Shown here piece after piece: positions 24,741-37,199 of a stretch of 64,000 nucleotides of DNA. Where the stretch lies: NCBI RefSeq assembly GCF_030144855.1, contig NC_082717.1:3968001-4032000 (forward strand), given 5' to 3'. This DNA comes from Hypanus sabinus. Its lineage: Eukaryota. The notes beneath the pieces are model-generated. The model did no database searches and was not told the DNA's origin. It saw nothing but the letters and a program-made list of their open reading frames with translations. Each line of letters starts with the position of its first letter. Position 1 is the stretch's first letter. A program made the translations under genes and the position numbers.

Positions 24741-26029
24741 GTTCTATGCTTGTACGTTTAAATTGGATCTTTTGAATTTTTTCTTCAATAAATTCTCTCT
24801 TTCCTAGTTTTGGCCACTTGATTCATTATTGTAATTTGCAATGCCAATGTCCCCCTCTTACTCAGTAGTATCTGCAAAGTAGCATAAGCATCATCAGGTT
24901 TTCTGTGTGAACCATGAACTCCGTTTCTCTCCGCTCTGTTGCTCTCCGACCTGCCGAATGCTTTAGGTTTTCTTTCAGGTTTGCAGCAGCTGCAGTATTT
25001 TACTTTTATATGCAACTCCTCGTTCCTGCATCTGGTCACCAATATGCATGTGAGAAGTTGACACCCCTGAGGTTTACCTCCTGACACACATTGCCAATAT
25101 CAAGCCCTCTCTCCCTCTTGTTTCTTTACCCACCTTTCAAAGTTACCTCAGAGTTTGTGTGCTGACATCTGTGGAACCTGGTGAAATCTTTCCTGCAGGT
25201 TCCTGACAATGTCAGCAAAGATTTCATCAACTTTACTGTCGATTTCAATCCTGCTCGTATGTTCACTTTGTCTATTACTAACACATAAATCTCTCTCTCA
25301 ATTCCCCTGTACACATTTCAAGGAGAGGGTCAGCAGTTCTACAAGAAGCCCAGAGACTCCCACAGCTAACCTGACCACTCTTCATCCCATTCTGATTCCT
25401 CTGGGGACACCATTCCCTTCTCCCAGTATCTCTGTCTCTGTCACATCTGCCCCGAAGATGCCATCTTCCATATCAGTGCTTCTTTATTTTCCAGTCCCTC
25501 GAAGGTGGTTTTCCACTATGACCGCTAACAAGGCTCTTAACTGTATCCGTTCCAAGTCCCACACTTCTCTTGTCATCCCCTCTCCTTCCACCCAGAACAA
25601 GGACAGGGTTTCCCTGGTCCCCAGCTTCCATCTACAATTGTGGGCCGAAGGGCCTGTACTGTGCTGTAGTGTTCTATGTTCTATGGTCACTTTGCTGAAG
25701 AGAGCTTTCTGACAGGAGTTTTGGGAAAGGATGTTGTTTTGGAAGATCGATATGTAGAATGAAGAAACAGAGGGAGGATGTGAACATTGAAAATTCCTGG
25801 GTATGTTCATGGGGATCGTCTCCAGGCCTCGAATCAACAGAGATACAGTCAGGGAGAGCAACTAACAGGAAACTACAGTATGTGAAGGGGTACTACAATG
25901 ATAATGGGTGACTTTAATCTGCATATAGACTGTTCAAAACACATTGGTGGAGAATGATTGTGTATCAGCTGGCTTTGTAGTCCAGTCCATTGAACAGCTG
26001 GAGAAGGAAAATTCTGATTTTAAACCTCT

Positions 26030-26360
26030 GTTGCCTTGCAGGCTACCCACCCATGCGAAAGTCTTCAGGAGTAAACCCCAAGGACAAAATCTGGAACAGG
26101 GGTCCCTAAGGCACTTTGATGTTGTTTACAACTTCACTCTGGTACCCTCTGCGACAACACTGGTACCAAGCTGTATCGATGCTTGCCCTTCCCTTGGACT
26201 ACATCCAGTGACGTGGAGAGGGCAAATCCACTGCGTGGGCATCAGCCGGTTCTTCAAATCTTCCCGGCCAGGCTTTTTCCCTGGAGAGGACACGATCCAC
26301 CAGAGGTGCAAACCCATAATCTCCTGGGATCGACGGCTGCCTACATTGAACAGTTAATTC
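26030..26360 (+). mobile_element. Probable RTE-clade LINE 5' fragment (related piece at ~63030-63090)
   Basis: ggagtaaaccccaaggacaaaatctggaacaggggtccctaaggc; a similar motif recurs near 63035-63070. Clade assignment is from recall. Confidence 0.4.
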
Positions 26361-27609
26361 CAAAGTGCTTAACCTGTTTTGGATTATGTGCAATGAAAAG
26401 CAGTTGGGAAACAATTTTGCACTGGGGTGTCCTTCACAGAACTTGATAAAATTCTTCATTAAGATTGAAAATAAAGTCCTTCAATCAATAACACAGGCTT
26501 TAAATTTAGCCAAAGAGACTGTGAAGGCCTGAGGCATGAGTTAACTCTGACAGATTGGAAAATATGACAATGGATAGAATACCCGGACATACAGTTCGAC
26601 ATCCCTTCCTGGACTAAAACAGGTAAGGGAAGTGATCGAAGAAAGGAAGTTAGGAATAGAGAAATCACATAGATTGTCAGAACTGTGGCAGAACTGAGGA
26701 TGGAGAGCAACTCAAAATTCACTGAAAAAGAGAAGGAAAACAGAGAATAGAACAGGTGAGAAACATGAATGAGGATTGTAAAAGCTTTCGGAGGTGTGGA
26801 ACACAGATGAGGACTTTGTTGCTCTCTGAGGCAGACACACAGCTTGCCCCAGAAATGCTGTGACTCATTATTATTAGCAGAAAGAACAGTTCTGGATAGA
26901 TTACTCAGCTTGAAGCCTGACACAAAGTAACTGCAGATGCTGTGGTCAAATCAACACGTACAAACCAGCTGGATGAACTCAGCAGGTCGGGCAGCATCCG
27001 TCGACTGCTCGTTTCAACGGATGCTGCCTGACCTGCTGAGTTCATCCAGCTGGTTTGAAACCTGACAAATCCCCGGGCCCTGATAATCTGCATTCAAAAT
27101 ACCAAATTTGTTACTCAGTTTGCCCAGTTTCATTTGTAACTCTTTCTATCAAACTTCGGCTAATTGTGGCAGCCATTTAATTGGGCCAAGGTGTTCTGGT
27201 CCCAATGTGTCCCAGTGAGACAGGATCCACTGTGTCTATTCCCCAGTTACTGAAAGCAAGCACACAGGTGCAGTGACCTGTAACAACAGTCTTATTTCGT
27301 GTGGCTGATCACCGTAGACTTTATGAGAAAATCAAATTACATAGTACTACACTGGGTATCAGAAGTTCTAAATATTACTAAGGATGAGGTTTTGGGGTTT
27401 TTGAAGAATAATGATAAAATAACTCAGCATGGTTTCTGTCATGGGAAATCTTGCCTATCAAACCTGATAAGAGTTCATCAAGAAATAACATGCAGGATGG
27501 ACAAAGGAGAGGCAATGGATTTTGATTTTCAGAAAGCGTTTGATAAAATACCACACATGGTATTTTGCAGGGAAATGTACTATGGACATGTGGTCAATGT
27601 TTTAGGATC

Positions 27610-29655
27610 TCTTGCAGGATGTTAGGGATAAATTTGTCCCGGTGAGGAAGATAAAGAATGGTAGGGTGAAGGAACCATGGGTGACAAGTGAAGTGGAAAA
27701 TCTAGTCAGGTGGAAGAAGGCAGCATACATGAGGTTTAGGAAGCAAGGATCAGATGGGTCTATTGAGGAATATAGGGCAGCAAGAATGGAGCTTAAGAAG
27801 GAGTTGAGAAGAGCAAGAAGGGGGCATGAGAAGGCCTTGGCGAGTAGGGTAAAGGAAAACCCCAAGGCATTCTTCAATTATGTGAAGAATAAAAGGATGA
27901 CAGGAGTGAAGGTAGGACCGATTAGAGATAAAAATGGGAAGATGTGCCTGGAGGCTGTGGAAGTGAGCGAGGTCCTCAATGAATACTTCTCTTCGGTATT
28001 CACCAATGAGAGGGAACTTGATGACGGTGAGGACAATATGAGTGAGGTTGATGATCTGGAGCATGTTGATATTAAGGGAGAGGAGGTTTTGGAGTTGTTA
28101 AAATACGGCCCTGGATAGGTCCCCGGGGCCTGACGGAATATTCCCCAGCCTGCTCCACGAGGCGAGGGAAGAGATTGCTGAGCCTCTGGCTAGGATCTTT
28201 ATGCCCTCGTTGTCCACAGGAACGGTACCAGAGGATTGGAGGGAGGCGAATGTTGTCCCCTTGTTCAAAAAAGGTAGTAGGGATAGTCCAGGAAATTATA
28301 GACCAGTGAGCCTTACATCTGTGGTGGGAAAGCTGTTGGAAAAGATTCTTAGAGATAGGATCTATGGGCAATTAGAGAATCATGGTCTGATCAGGGACAG
28401 TCAGCATGGCTTTGTGAAGGGCAGATCGTGTCTAACAAGCCTGATAGAGTTCTTTGAGGAGGTGACCAGGCATATAGATGAGGGTAGTGCAGTGGATGTG
28501 ATCTACATGGATTTTAGTAAGGCATTTGACAAGTTTCCACACAGTACGATTATTCAGAAAGTCAGAAGGTATGGGATCCAGGGAAGTTTGGCCAGGTGGA
28601 TTCAGAATTGGTTTGTCTGCAGAAGGCAGAGAATCATGGTGGAGGGAGTACATTCAGATTGGAGGGTTGTGACTAGTGGTGTCCCACAAGGATCTGTTCT
28701 GGGACCTCTACTTTTGTGATTTTTATTAATGACCTGGATGTGGGGGTAGAAGGGTGGATTTGCAAGTTTGCAGATGATGCAAAGGTTGTTGGTGGTGTAG
28801 ATAGTGTAGAGGATTGTCGAAGATTGCAGAGAGACATTGATAGGATGCAGAAGTGGGCTGAGAAGTGGCAGATGGAGATGGAGTTCAACCCAGAGAAGTG
28901 TGAGGTGGTACACTTTGGAAGGACAAACTCCAAGGCAGAGTACAAAGTAAATGGCAGGATACTTGGTAGTGTGGAGGAGCAGAGGGATCTGGGGGTACAT
29001 GTCCACAGATCCCTGAAAGTTGCCTCACAGGTAGATGGGGTAGTTAAGAAAGCTTATGGGGTGTTAGCTTTCATAAGTCGAGGGACAGAGTTTAAGAGAC
29101 GCGATGTAATGATGCAGCTCTATAGAACTCTAGTTAGGCCACACTTGGAGTACTGTGTCCAGTTCTGGTCGCCTCAATTTAGGAAGGACGTGGAAGCATT
29201 GGAAAGGGTACAGAGGAGATTTACCAGGATATTGCCTGGTTTAGAGAGTGTGGATTATGATCAGAGATTAAGGGAGCTAGGGCTTTACTCTTTGGAGAGA
29301 AGGAGGATGAGAGGAGACATGATAGAGGTGTACAAGATATTAAGAGGAATAGACAGAGTGGACAGCCAGCGCCTCTTCCCCAGGGCACCACTGCTCAGTA
29401 CAAGAGGACATGGTTTTGCGATAAGGGGAGGGAAGTTCAAGGGGGATATTAAAGGAAGGTTTTTCAATCAGAGAGTGGTTGGTGCGTGGAATGTACTGCC
29501 TGAGTCAGTGGTGGAGGCAGGTACACTAGTGAAGTTTAAGAGACTACTAGACAGGTATACAGAGGAGTTTAAGGTGGGTGTTATATGGGAGGCAGGGCCT
29601 GACGGTCAGCACAACATTGTGGGCCGAAGCGCCTGTAATGTGCTGTACTATTCTA
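27610..29655 (+). mobile_element. Relatively well-preserved CR1 3' 2 kb (RT to 3' tail)
   Basis: Consecutive ORFs 27612..28118, 28201..28719 and 28716..29693 carry the RT motifs including KFADD. Confidence 0.96.
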
Positions 29656-29739
29656 CGAGGCTGCTTAACAAGACGGCATTACAAGAAAGATAGTGGCATG
29701 GTTATGAGAATGGCGGGCAGGCAGGAGACAGCAAGTAGG

Positions 29740-30305
29740 GACTTTGCTGGTTGGCTGCTGGTGACTAGTGGTGTTTCTCAAGGGTCAGTGTTGGAACCGC
29801 TATTTTCACATTGTTTGTCAATGACAGATAACAGAATTGATGGCTTTGTGGCAAAGTTTGCAGATGATATGAAGGTAGGTGGAGGGGTAGGTAGTGCTGA
29901 GGAAGCAATGCAACTGCAGAAGGACTTAGACAAATTGGAAGAATGGGCAAAAAAGTGGCAGATGGAATACAGTGTTGGAAAATGTATGATAATGCGTTTT
30001 GGTAAAAGGAACAATAGTGTGGACTATTATCTGAATGGGGAGAAGGTTCAAACATCAGAGACGCAGAGGGACTTGGGAGTCGTTGTGCAAGACTCCCAGA
30101 AGGTTAATTTACAGGTTGAGTCTGTGGTAAAGAAGGCAAATGCAATGTTGGCATTTATTTCAAGGGGAATAGAATATAAAGCAAGGAGATAATGCTGAAC
30201 CTTTATAAGACACTAGTCAGGCTGCACTTGGAGCATTGTCAACAGTTTTGGGCCCCATATCTCAGAAAGGATGTGTTGTCATTGGGGAGTGTCCAGAGGA
30301 GGTTC
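29740..30305 (+). mobile_element. CR1 RT fragment
   Basis: SGVSQGSVLEP and KFADDMKVGG motifs. Confidence 0.9.
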
Positions 30306-30519
30306 AGGAATTCCCAATGGCTTAATTCAGTTCTTATGTCTTATGGCCTTTTGGTATTGGAAGGAGGCAGTAAATAAAATCACACAGTTCTGGAAGTAAG
30401 TTTTGTTTATAAAAAATGCAATATATACAAAATATTTACATGAGTAAGAACAGTTCAAGGTTCCAACATACTGCTTAGGTTCCAAATCACAGATTATTAA
30501 ACTAAAACTAAAGGACATT

Positions 30520-33430
30520 TTCATTTCATTTTAAAATCTTTTTATTAATTATTATTGATGATTGACAAAAAAGATACATTAAGTCAATATGTCATTCTGT
30601 GCAATAAGGAATTAAATTAGGAAATAACTGATTAACAAAGCTAAGCAATGTATCAATAATAATAAAGAAGTAAAGTGTTCAGAATATTTTTGAAAGAAAA
30701 AGAAGGAAAATAAGAATCCCTACTAACTAAAGAAAACCTCTACTAACTTAAAAAAAAGCAAAAAAAACCCCTGTCGGGAGCAGAACCCTGGAGCTATACA
30801 TCATACAAGCTTCCATAAAAAAAACATCAATCCACCAACTCAAATCCACTTAAAGAAAAATCGGAAGGAAATCATACTAATTAACTCAAATCAGGTGATA
30901 GTAGCCGGCAAATGAATCTTACCTTTTCTCAAAATCAAATCGAGGAAGAAAAGTTCTACTTCTAATCTTCTCCAAACTAAGACATAACATCACTTTGGAA
31001 AACCATTGAATCAAAGTAGGAGCAGTGGTATCTTCCCATTTCAACAAAATAGCCCTTCTGGCCAATACTATAATGAATGCAATTACATGTTGGTCTGATG
31101 AAGAAATAGCAATAATATATTGAGGGATTATACCGAATAGAACTGTCAATTTATTAGGTTGTAAATTAATTTTTAAAGCTTTAGAAATATTAAAGAAAAT
31201 AAACTTCCAAAAATGCTTCAATATAGAACACAGCTAAATCATATGTATCAATGTGGCTGTCTTGGTTTTACATCTGTCACACTGACTATCAACATTGGGA
31301 AACATTTTAGACAGTCTCTCCTTTGTCAAATAGTAATGATGTACAATTTTAAATTGAATTAAAGAGTGATTGGCACAAATTGAAGAAGAATTTACCAACT
31401 TCAAAATCCACAACCAATCTTTTGCTATCAAAGTCATGTTAAGCTCTCTCTCCCAATCTTGCTTAATCTTAAGTGAAGGGTAATTGAGTTGCTGTAACAA
31501 TAAATTATAAATTTTCCCAATAAAACCCTTCACTAAAGGATTCATTTTAAAAATAATACCTAACAGGTCAGAATCTTGTATATATGGAAAATTGCTTAAG
31601 TAGTTTTGTAAGAAGTGTCTGACCTGAAGATATTGCAAGAAATGTGAATTTGAGAGAGACTATTTAGTTACTAATTTCTCCAAAGACATCAGTCGGCCAT
31701 CTTGGAACAAATCTGTGAATAAACCCCTTTATTCCTCCAAAAAAGAAAAGTAGGAACACTTAATGAAGGTTTAATTAAATAATTTTGATAAATTAAACTA
31801 AAAAGTTTAAATTTTTTTAAGATTAAAAAAATTATGAAACTGGAACCAAATTTGTAATGACTGCTTAATCACAGGATATAAATTTAAATTAGTAATTTTG
31901 GCCAGTTGTACAGGCAAAGAAGCTCCTAATAATGAGGTTAAATGAAACTGTTTCATAGCATTCAATTCCAAATCAGCCCAAGGTGGTCGTTCATCTCTAT
32001 CAGCCCAATATAACCAAAAGCACATATAACGTATATTAACAGCCCAATAATACATTCTTAAGTTAGGCAAAACAAGACCTCCATCTTTTTTTCAATTTTT
32101 GTAAATGATATTTAGCAATTCTTGGTCTTTCATTATTCCAAACAAAAGATGAAATAATAGAGTCAACCTGATCGTAGAACTTCTTAGTTAAAGAAATAGG
32201 GATAATTTGAAATACATATAAAAACATTTGGTAAAATCATCATTTTAACTGCATGATTTTGACCGACTAATGAAAGTGTAAATGGTTTCCATCTACAAAA
32301 TAATTGCTTCATAAAATCCACTAAAGGAACCAAATTACCTTTATAAAGATCTTTATAATTTTTAGTGATAATAATACCTAAATATTTAAATGAGTCCGTA
32401 ACTCTAAAAGAAATGTTGTTATATATAGAAGCAGATTCATTTAGTGGAAATAGTTCACTTTTATAAAGGTTTAGTTTATATCCTGAAAACTTTCCAAAAT
32501 TAATTAATAGTTTCAATAAACTAGGAATGGATTCTTTAGGATTCGAAATATAATGTAAAAGATCATCAGCATAAAGAGAGATCTTATGAACAGTCCCATT
32601 TATAGAAATTCCATGTATATCTTTATGAAGTGCAATAGCCAAGGGTTCCAACACCAAATTAAATAACAAAGGAGTTAACGGACATCCTTGTCTTGTATCC
32701 TGTAAAAGCCAAAAAAAGGAGATCTGCAATTGTTAGTAAAAACAGTAACAATAGGGCTTTTAAAATGAATGCCTTTTTACAAAAGATTGATTTTCCTCAA
32801 ACTTCTGCTGAAGATCAACAAACACTTGATGCTCCTATTGCTGAAAGCGAAATTCAGAAAGCTGTTTTTTCAATGCAATCTGAAAAGCTCCTGGACTGGA
32901 TGGTTATTCTGTAGGATTTTATACAAAAATTGAAAAATTGGTCTCTTCATATCTGCTGGAAATGCTTAAAGATTCTTTTTTGATAGAAGAGTTACCTACA
33001 TTTTATAAAGCTTCTATTTCTTTAATTCTTAAGAAAGATAAAGATTCTACTGACTGTGCTTCATATTTCATTATTAAATGTTAATATTAAATATCAAAAT
33101 ATTTAATATTAAACTATTTCATTATTAAATGTAGATGCTAAAATTCTCTCAAAAATAATGGCTGGAAAATGTTTTAGTTAAATTATTTCTCAAGATCAAA
33201 CAGGTTTTGTAAAGGGCTGTTATTCCTTTTCTAATGTTCGGAGATTGTTAAATGTTATATATTCATCCTCCTCTAAGGCTCCCCAATATGTCGTTTCTTT
33301 TGATGCTGAAAAGGCATTTGATGGAGTTGAATGGAAATACTTATTTAATGTTTTAGAGAAATTTGTCTTTGGTAATAATTTTAATAAGTGGATTAGAATG
33401 ATATATAAAAACTAAATTCCTTTTTAGTTA
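30520..33430 (-). mobile_element. L1-clade LINE, AT-rich, with an inverted 5' segment (~32700-33430 on +)
   Basis: Minus strand: DTRQGCPLTPLLFNL, ISLYADDLL, MPNLRMYYWA, CDRCK cysteine motif and an A-rich tail near 30520-30550. Plus strand: upstream RT part with DAEKAFDGVEW. Confidence 0.92.
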
Positions 33431-36260
33431 GAATCAGTGAGATCCATTAGAATGACTTTTATTACTCCAATTTTTTTAAACTAATAGATTCTAGAGTGGA
33501 GGGTTATGGGCTGAGTGCAGGTAGGTGGGACTAGGTGAGATTAAGAGTTCGGCACGGACTAGGAGGGCCGAGATGGCCTGTTTCCGTGCTGTGATTGTTA
33601 TATGGTTATATGGTTATAGTGCTATTCCCTATTTGAAGATTTACAGATTGACCTTTCCTTTTTATTTATATCTGGTTAGGAAATTTTTAAGTGTTATGGT
33701 TAACTTCAATTTCAGTTCCAGTCAGTATGCCTACAAATTCAAATTCAAAAATTAGATATCTATATAGCTTTACTCCTTTCATGACAATTCTCCAAAATCA
33801 GAACATTTAAACAAAGTAAATCTCATTCACTAATTCATCAGATTCTATGCAAAAATAATCAGCTCTTGCAAAAACACAAATTCAGATCCTTCAAATGAAA
33901 ATAAACACTCATCCAACTATATTAAATCCCCTACATCATTAAACATTTTGTTCCCTGGCTGGTTCTTTGACCTTGGGTGGCTCGTCATCTTGTTTCTTAG
34001 ATCACTGGATAAATCATCCATGGAAAGTCGATTCACAAACAAATCCTTTGGTATGATTTAACAGAACTAACTCCCAGTTACATGGTAGAGATCTTGGACA
34101 CGCATCTCTGCCGATATTGCCTTGTTATAGCTGCTGTTTGTTACAGCTGTAGTTTCAATAAATCTTTTATCGCTATTGTCTCTCCCCCAGGCATTTCACC
34201 CTGAGGTTTTCAGGTAAGTAGGGTAGAGATACTCACTAGTAATTCCTCTTTTAATAGTTTATATCTTTAGTTTCTAATGGTTTGCTGTGTTTCTCTCACT
34301 TGTCCACGCCTGTGTCTGCCGTTCTCACATAGCTTATTTTTCAACAAGTTCTCTTTTTTTAAAAAATAATTGGTAAACCTTGTTTTCATCCCTCCACAGG
34401 TAGAGCTTTCTAACATTACATCTTTGTGTTTAATTATCCTGGGTTACTGATTGGTTGAGGAGTCAAGTACATTGTTGGTCTCATCACAAAAGGTTTTAAG
34501 TTCAGAAGCAAGGATGTCTTGCAACAACTGTATCTGGCCATTTTTGTTTTCCAACCCACAGATATAATTACTGAAATCCGAGAAGGCAGGGTGAAAAAAA
34601 TAAACTGCATCTACAGTTTGCAGAACTTTTCTCTGTTATTATCCTGAATTTGAAAGATCCAGTGTTGGTTGATTATGCAAGTCCAAAGGTTTTTTCCAAA
34701 GTATTATTTTACATATGCTAAATTCTGTAAGTTATTAAGAACAATAATGGATGTAGACAGGGTGTTGCTTGTGGCTGAATCCAAGACCCGAGGACACAGC
34801 CTCAGAACAGAGGGACAACCCATTAGAACTGGGATGTGCAGGAGTTTCTTTAGCCAAGGGTGGTGAATCTGTACAATTCATTGCCACAGATGGCTGTGGA
34901 AGCCAAGTCATTGAATATACTTAAACTGGATGTTGATAGATCCTTGATTAGTCAGGCTACGAAAGCTTACGGAGAGAATGCAGGAGAATGGGACTCAGAG
35001 GGAAACGAAATCAACCATGATTGAAAGGCAGAGTAGGCTAGATGGGCTGAATGGCCTAATCCTGCTCCTACACTTTATGATCTTATCCAGATTTTTCACC
35101 TGTGGTCTGTCATTTCCTGAATACACTTTATAATTTCTACAATTGGCCTTGCTGATCTGTGATGAAAGTTCATCAGCCTGAAAAGCTGCTTCTCTCTCCA
35201 CACGCTGCTCTGACTTGTTGAGAATTTTCACATTTTGGTTCTTTTCCTTTCTGCCTCTCTAAATACTTTGTCTGAGTTTCTTCACTGTGCCCACATTGCC
35301 CCTGACCCATTTTCTTTCTGTAAATTCTTCTGTCATTAGTGTTAGCTCTATTTACACTAATTTTTAAATTTCTTTCACTTCATTTCTATTCTTCCATCCA
35401 TTGCTTCTGCCTGTCTTAATCAGTAATTTTTGTGCGTTTTTATGAGCCACTTCTTTCAGATTTGTGTTGTGAATGCCCAGGTGCTTCCTATCTTCAGAAA
35501 GTTTATCCAATTAAATTGTACAGAATGTCTCAAATCACTTCTGAACCTTGTTCGGCAAAGAGTAAAACTTTGTTTATCATACTGAATAGGAACTCTAGAA
35601 GATTATACTTCAGTGTGAACCAAGAAAAGCCCAACATTCCTCAATGTTTAAACTGGAAACTCAGATTCACATGACTCATAAAATCATTCAGCACAGAAAC
35701 AAGACCTTTGGCTCAACTTGTTCACACAGCAAGCATTTGACCCACAGACCGCTCACCCTCCCCTATCCATGTACTTCTCTAGATGGCTTTTACATGTTGT
35801 TAATGTGACACCACACCACTACTTCTGTCAGCACAGTCCAAATACGCAACACCCTTTGTGTGAAGAAGCTGCCCCGATGTCCCATTTCAATCTCTCGACT
35901 CTGATCTTTAACCTGTCCTCTTGTTTTTATCACCCCCTTCCTGGGGAATAGACTATGCTTTCACCCTGTCTATGCGCCTCATGATCAAATACCCCTCTAT
36001 CAGGTCTCTCTCCCCCCAATCTCCTCAATTCCAGGGAATAAAGTCCTAGTGGACACAATCTGTCTTTGTGACACAGACCCCCAGGTCCAGACAACATCCT
36101 GGTGGATCGTTTCTGCACTCTTTCTAGTTCAATAACATCCTTCCTTTCACAGGATGAACAAAACTGTACACAGTACCACTGCCCACAACCGGTTAATTAA
36201 ACTTAAAGGTAGATGAAACCAGTCTCAGACTGGGTGACCCCACTCTGGGAATTTACTCAC

Positions 36261-36309
36261 CCACTGCACAGACGGACAGAGTCAAGGTTGTGATTATTGC
36301 TGCAAACAT
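36261..36309 (-). CDS. Signal-peptide (leader) exon, probable first coding exon of the VJ-domain gene
   Basis: gaggagaaATG TTT GCA GCA ATA ATC ACA ACC TTG ACT CTG TCC GTC TGT GCA GTG G|GTGAGT = MFAAIITTLTLSVCAV + 1 nt. 49 nt, phase 1, consensus donor. Splicing to 9417 gives MFAAIITTLTLSVCAVGVNA/GPVLIQSP, a 20-aa leader ending in a V-x-A cleavage motif. The pairing with the V exon is inferred. Confidence 0.8.
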
Positions 36310-36394
36310 TTCTCCTCGCTTGTTTTTCAAAAACAAAAATTCTGCTCATTCGAATCTGATGGACCCCATTGCTATTTCACAAGTGACTGGTTCC

Positions 36395-36471
36395 CCTTTG
36401 ACTTCCCCACATACTTAATTCAACACAAAAGGCACAGGGTGTGAAGAGGAAGTGATGAGGGAAAGTGGGAA
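36395..36471 (-). promoter_or_regulatory. Candidate haematopoietic promoter of the leader exon
   Basis: About 85-165 nt upstream of the ATG (motifs read on + strand): CCTTTGA (TCF/LEF, 36395-36401), GAAGAGGAAGTG (PU.1/Ets, 36443-36454) and GAAAGTGGGAA (IRF-Ets composite overlapping GTGGGAA, 36461-36471). No clear TATA box. Confidence 0.55.
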
Positions 36472-37199
36472 GTCCTGTAAAAATTGCTCAAAAAATACCC
36501 GCAAACTGCAGAGTATCTGAATATTTTCATCCACATTTACATGTCTGTCACTGAAACTCACTCCTGACGCCCACACACCATTATCAGATTGAAATGTGAG
36601 AAACAAGCCAGGTACACTGTTTCCCCTTCCTGTCAGTAGGGCTGCTCGTGGTGAGGCTACAAACACCGGCCCAACACCAGGCAAAACAGACATTCAGCTG
36701 TATGACAGTGTGACACTTACTGTACCATTTAAAGTTCAAAGCAAATTTATCATCAAAGTCTATGAATGTCTGGTGCACCTTCCCTCCGCTAGCCTGCAGG
36801 TCGCCCTTGGGGAAGGTGTAGCACCTGCTCAGCCCCTGAACAGGGTCGTGTGAAGCCATGGGAGCAGGTGGTGTATGGTTGTTTGAGCAGACAGTGTATA
36901 TCACAAGTTCTGGTTATGTGACCTCTGGCACCAGGCAGACAATCTCTGAAGAGTATTGATAATGGCTGGGGTCACCCGTCTTGTAAAGACTCTGCCCAGA
37001 AGAAGGCAATGGCAAACGACTTCTGTGGAAAACTTTGCCCAGAACAAAAATGGTTAAAAGACCATGATTGTCCATGTCACATGACATGGCACGTAACAAT
37101 TGGACAGTTGATACATCACCATGAATTGCATTTTCTGCCTTTTTGTAAGTGGAAAGAAATACAATAAAGTCAATAACAGCTGCACATGACAGAGGCATG

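Noticed and set aside
24785-25087. ORF with DDAYATL as a cytoplasmic tyrosine-motif exon
   Set aside because: It lies upstream of the V exon in transcription order and lacks a good acceptor; it is treated only as the possible frameshifted leader listed in findings.
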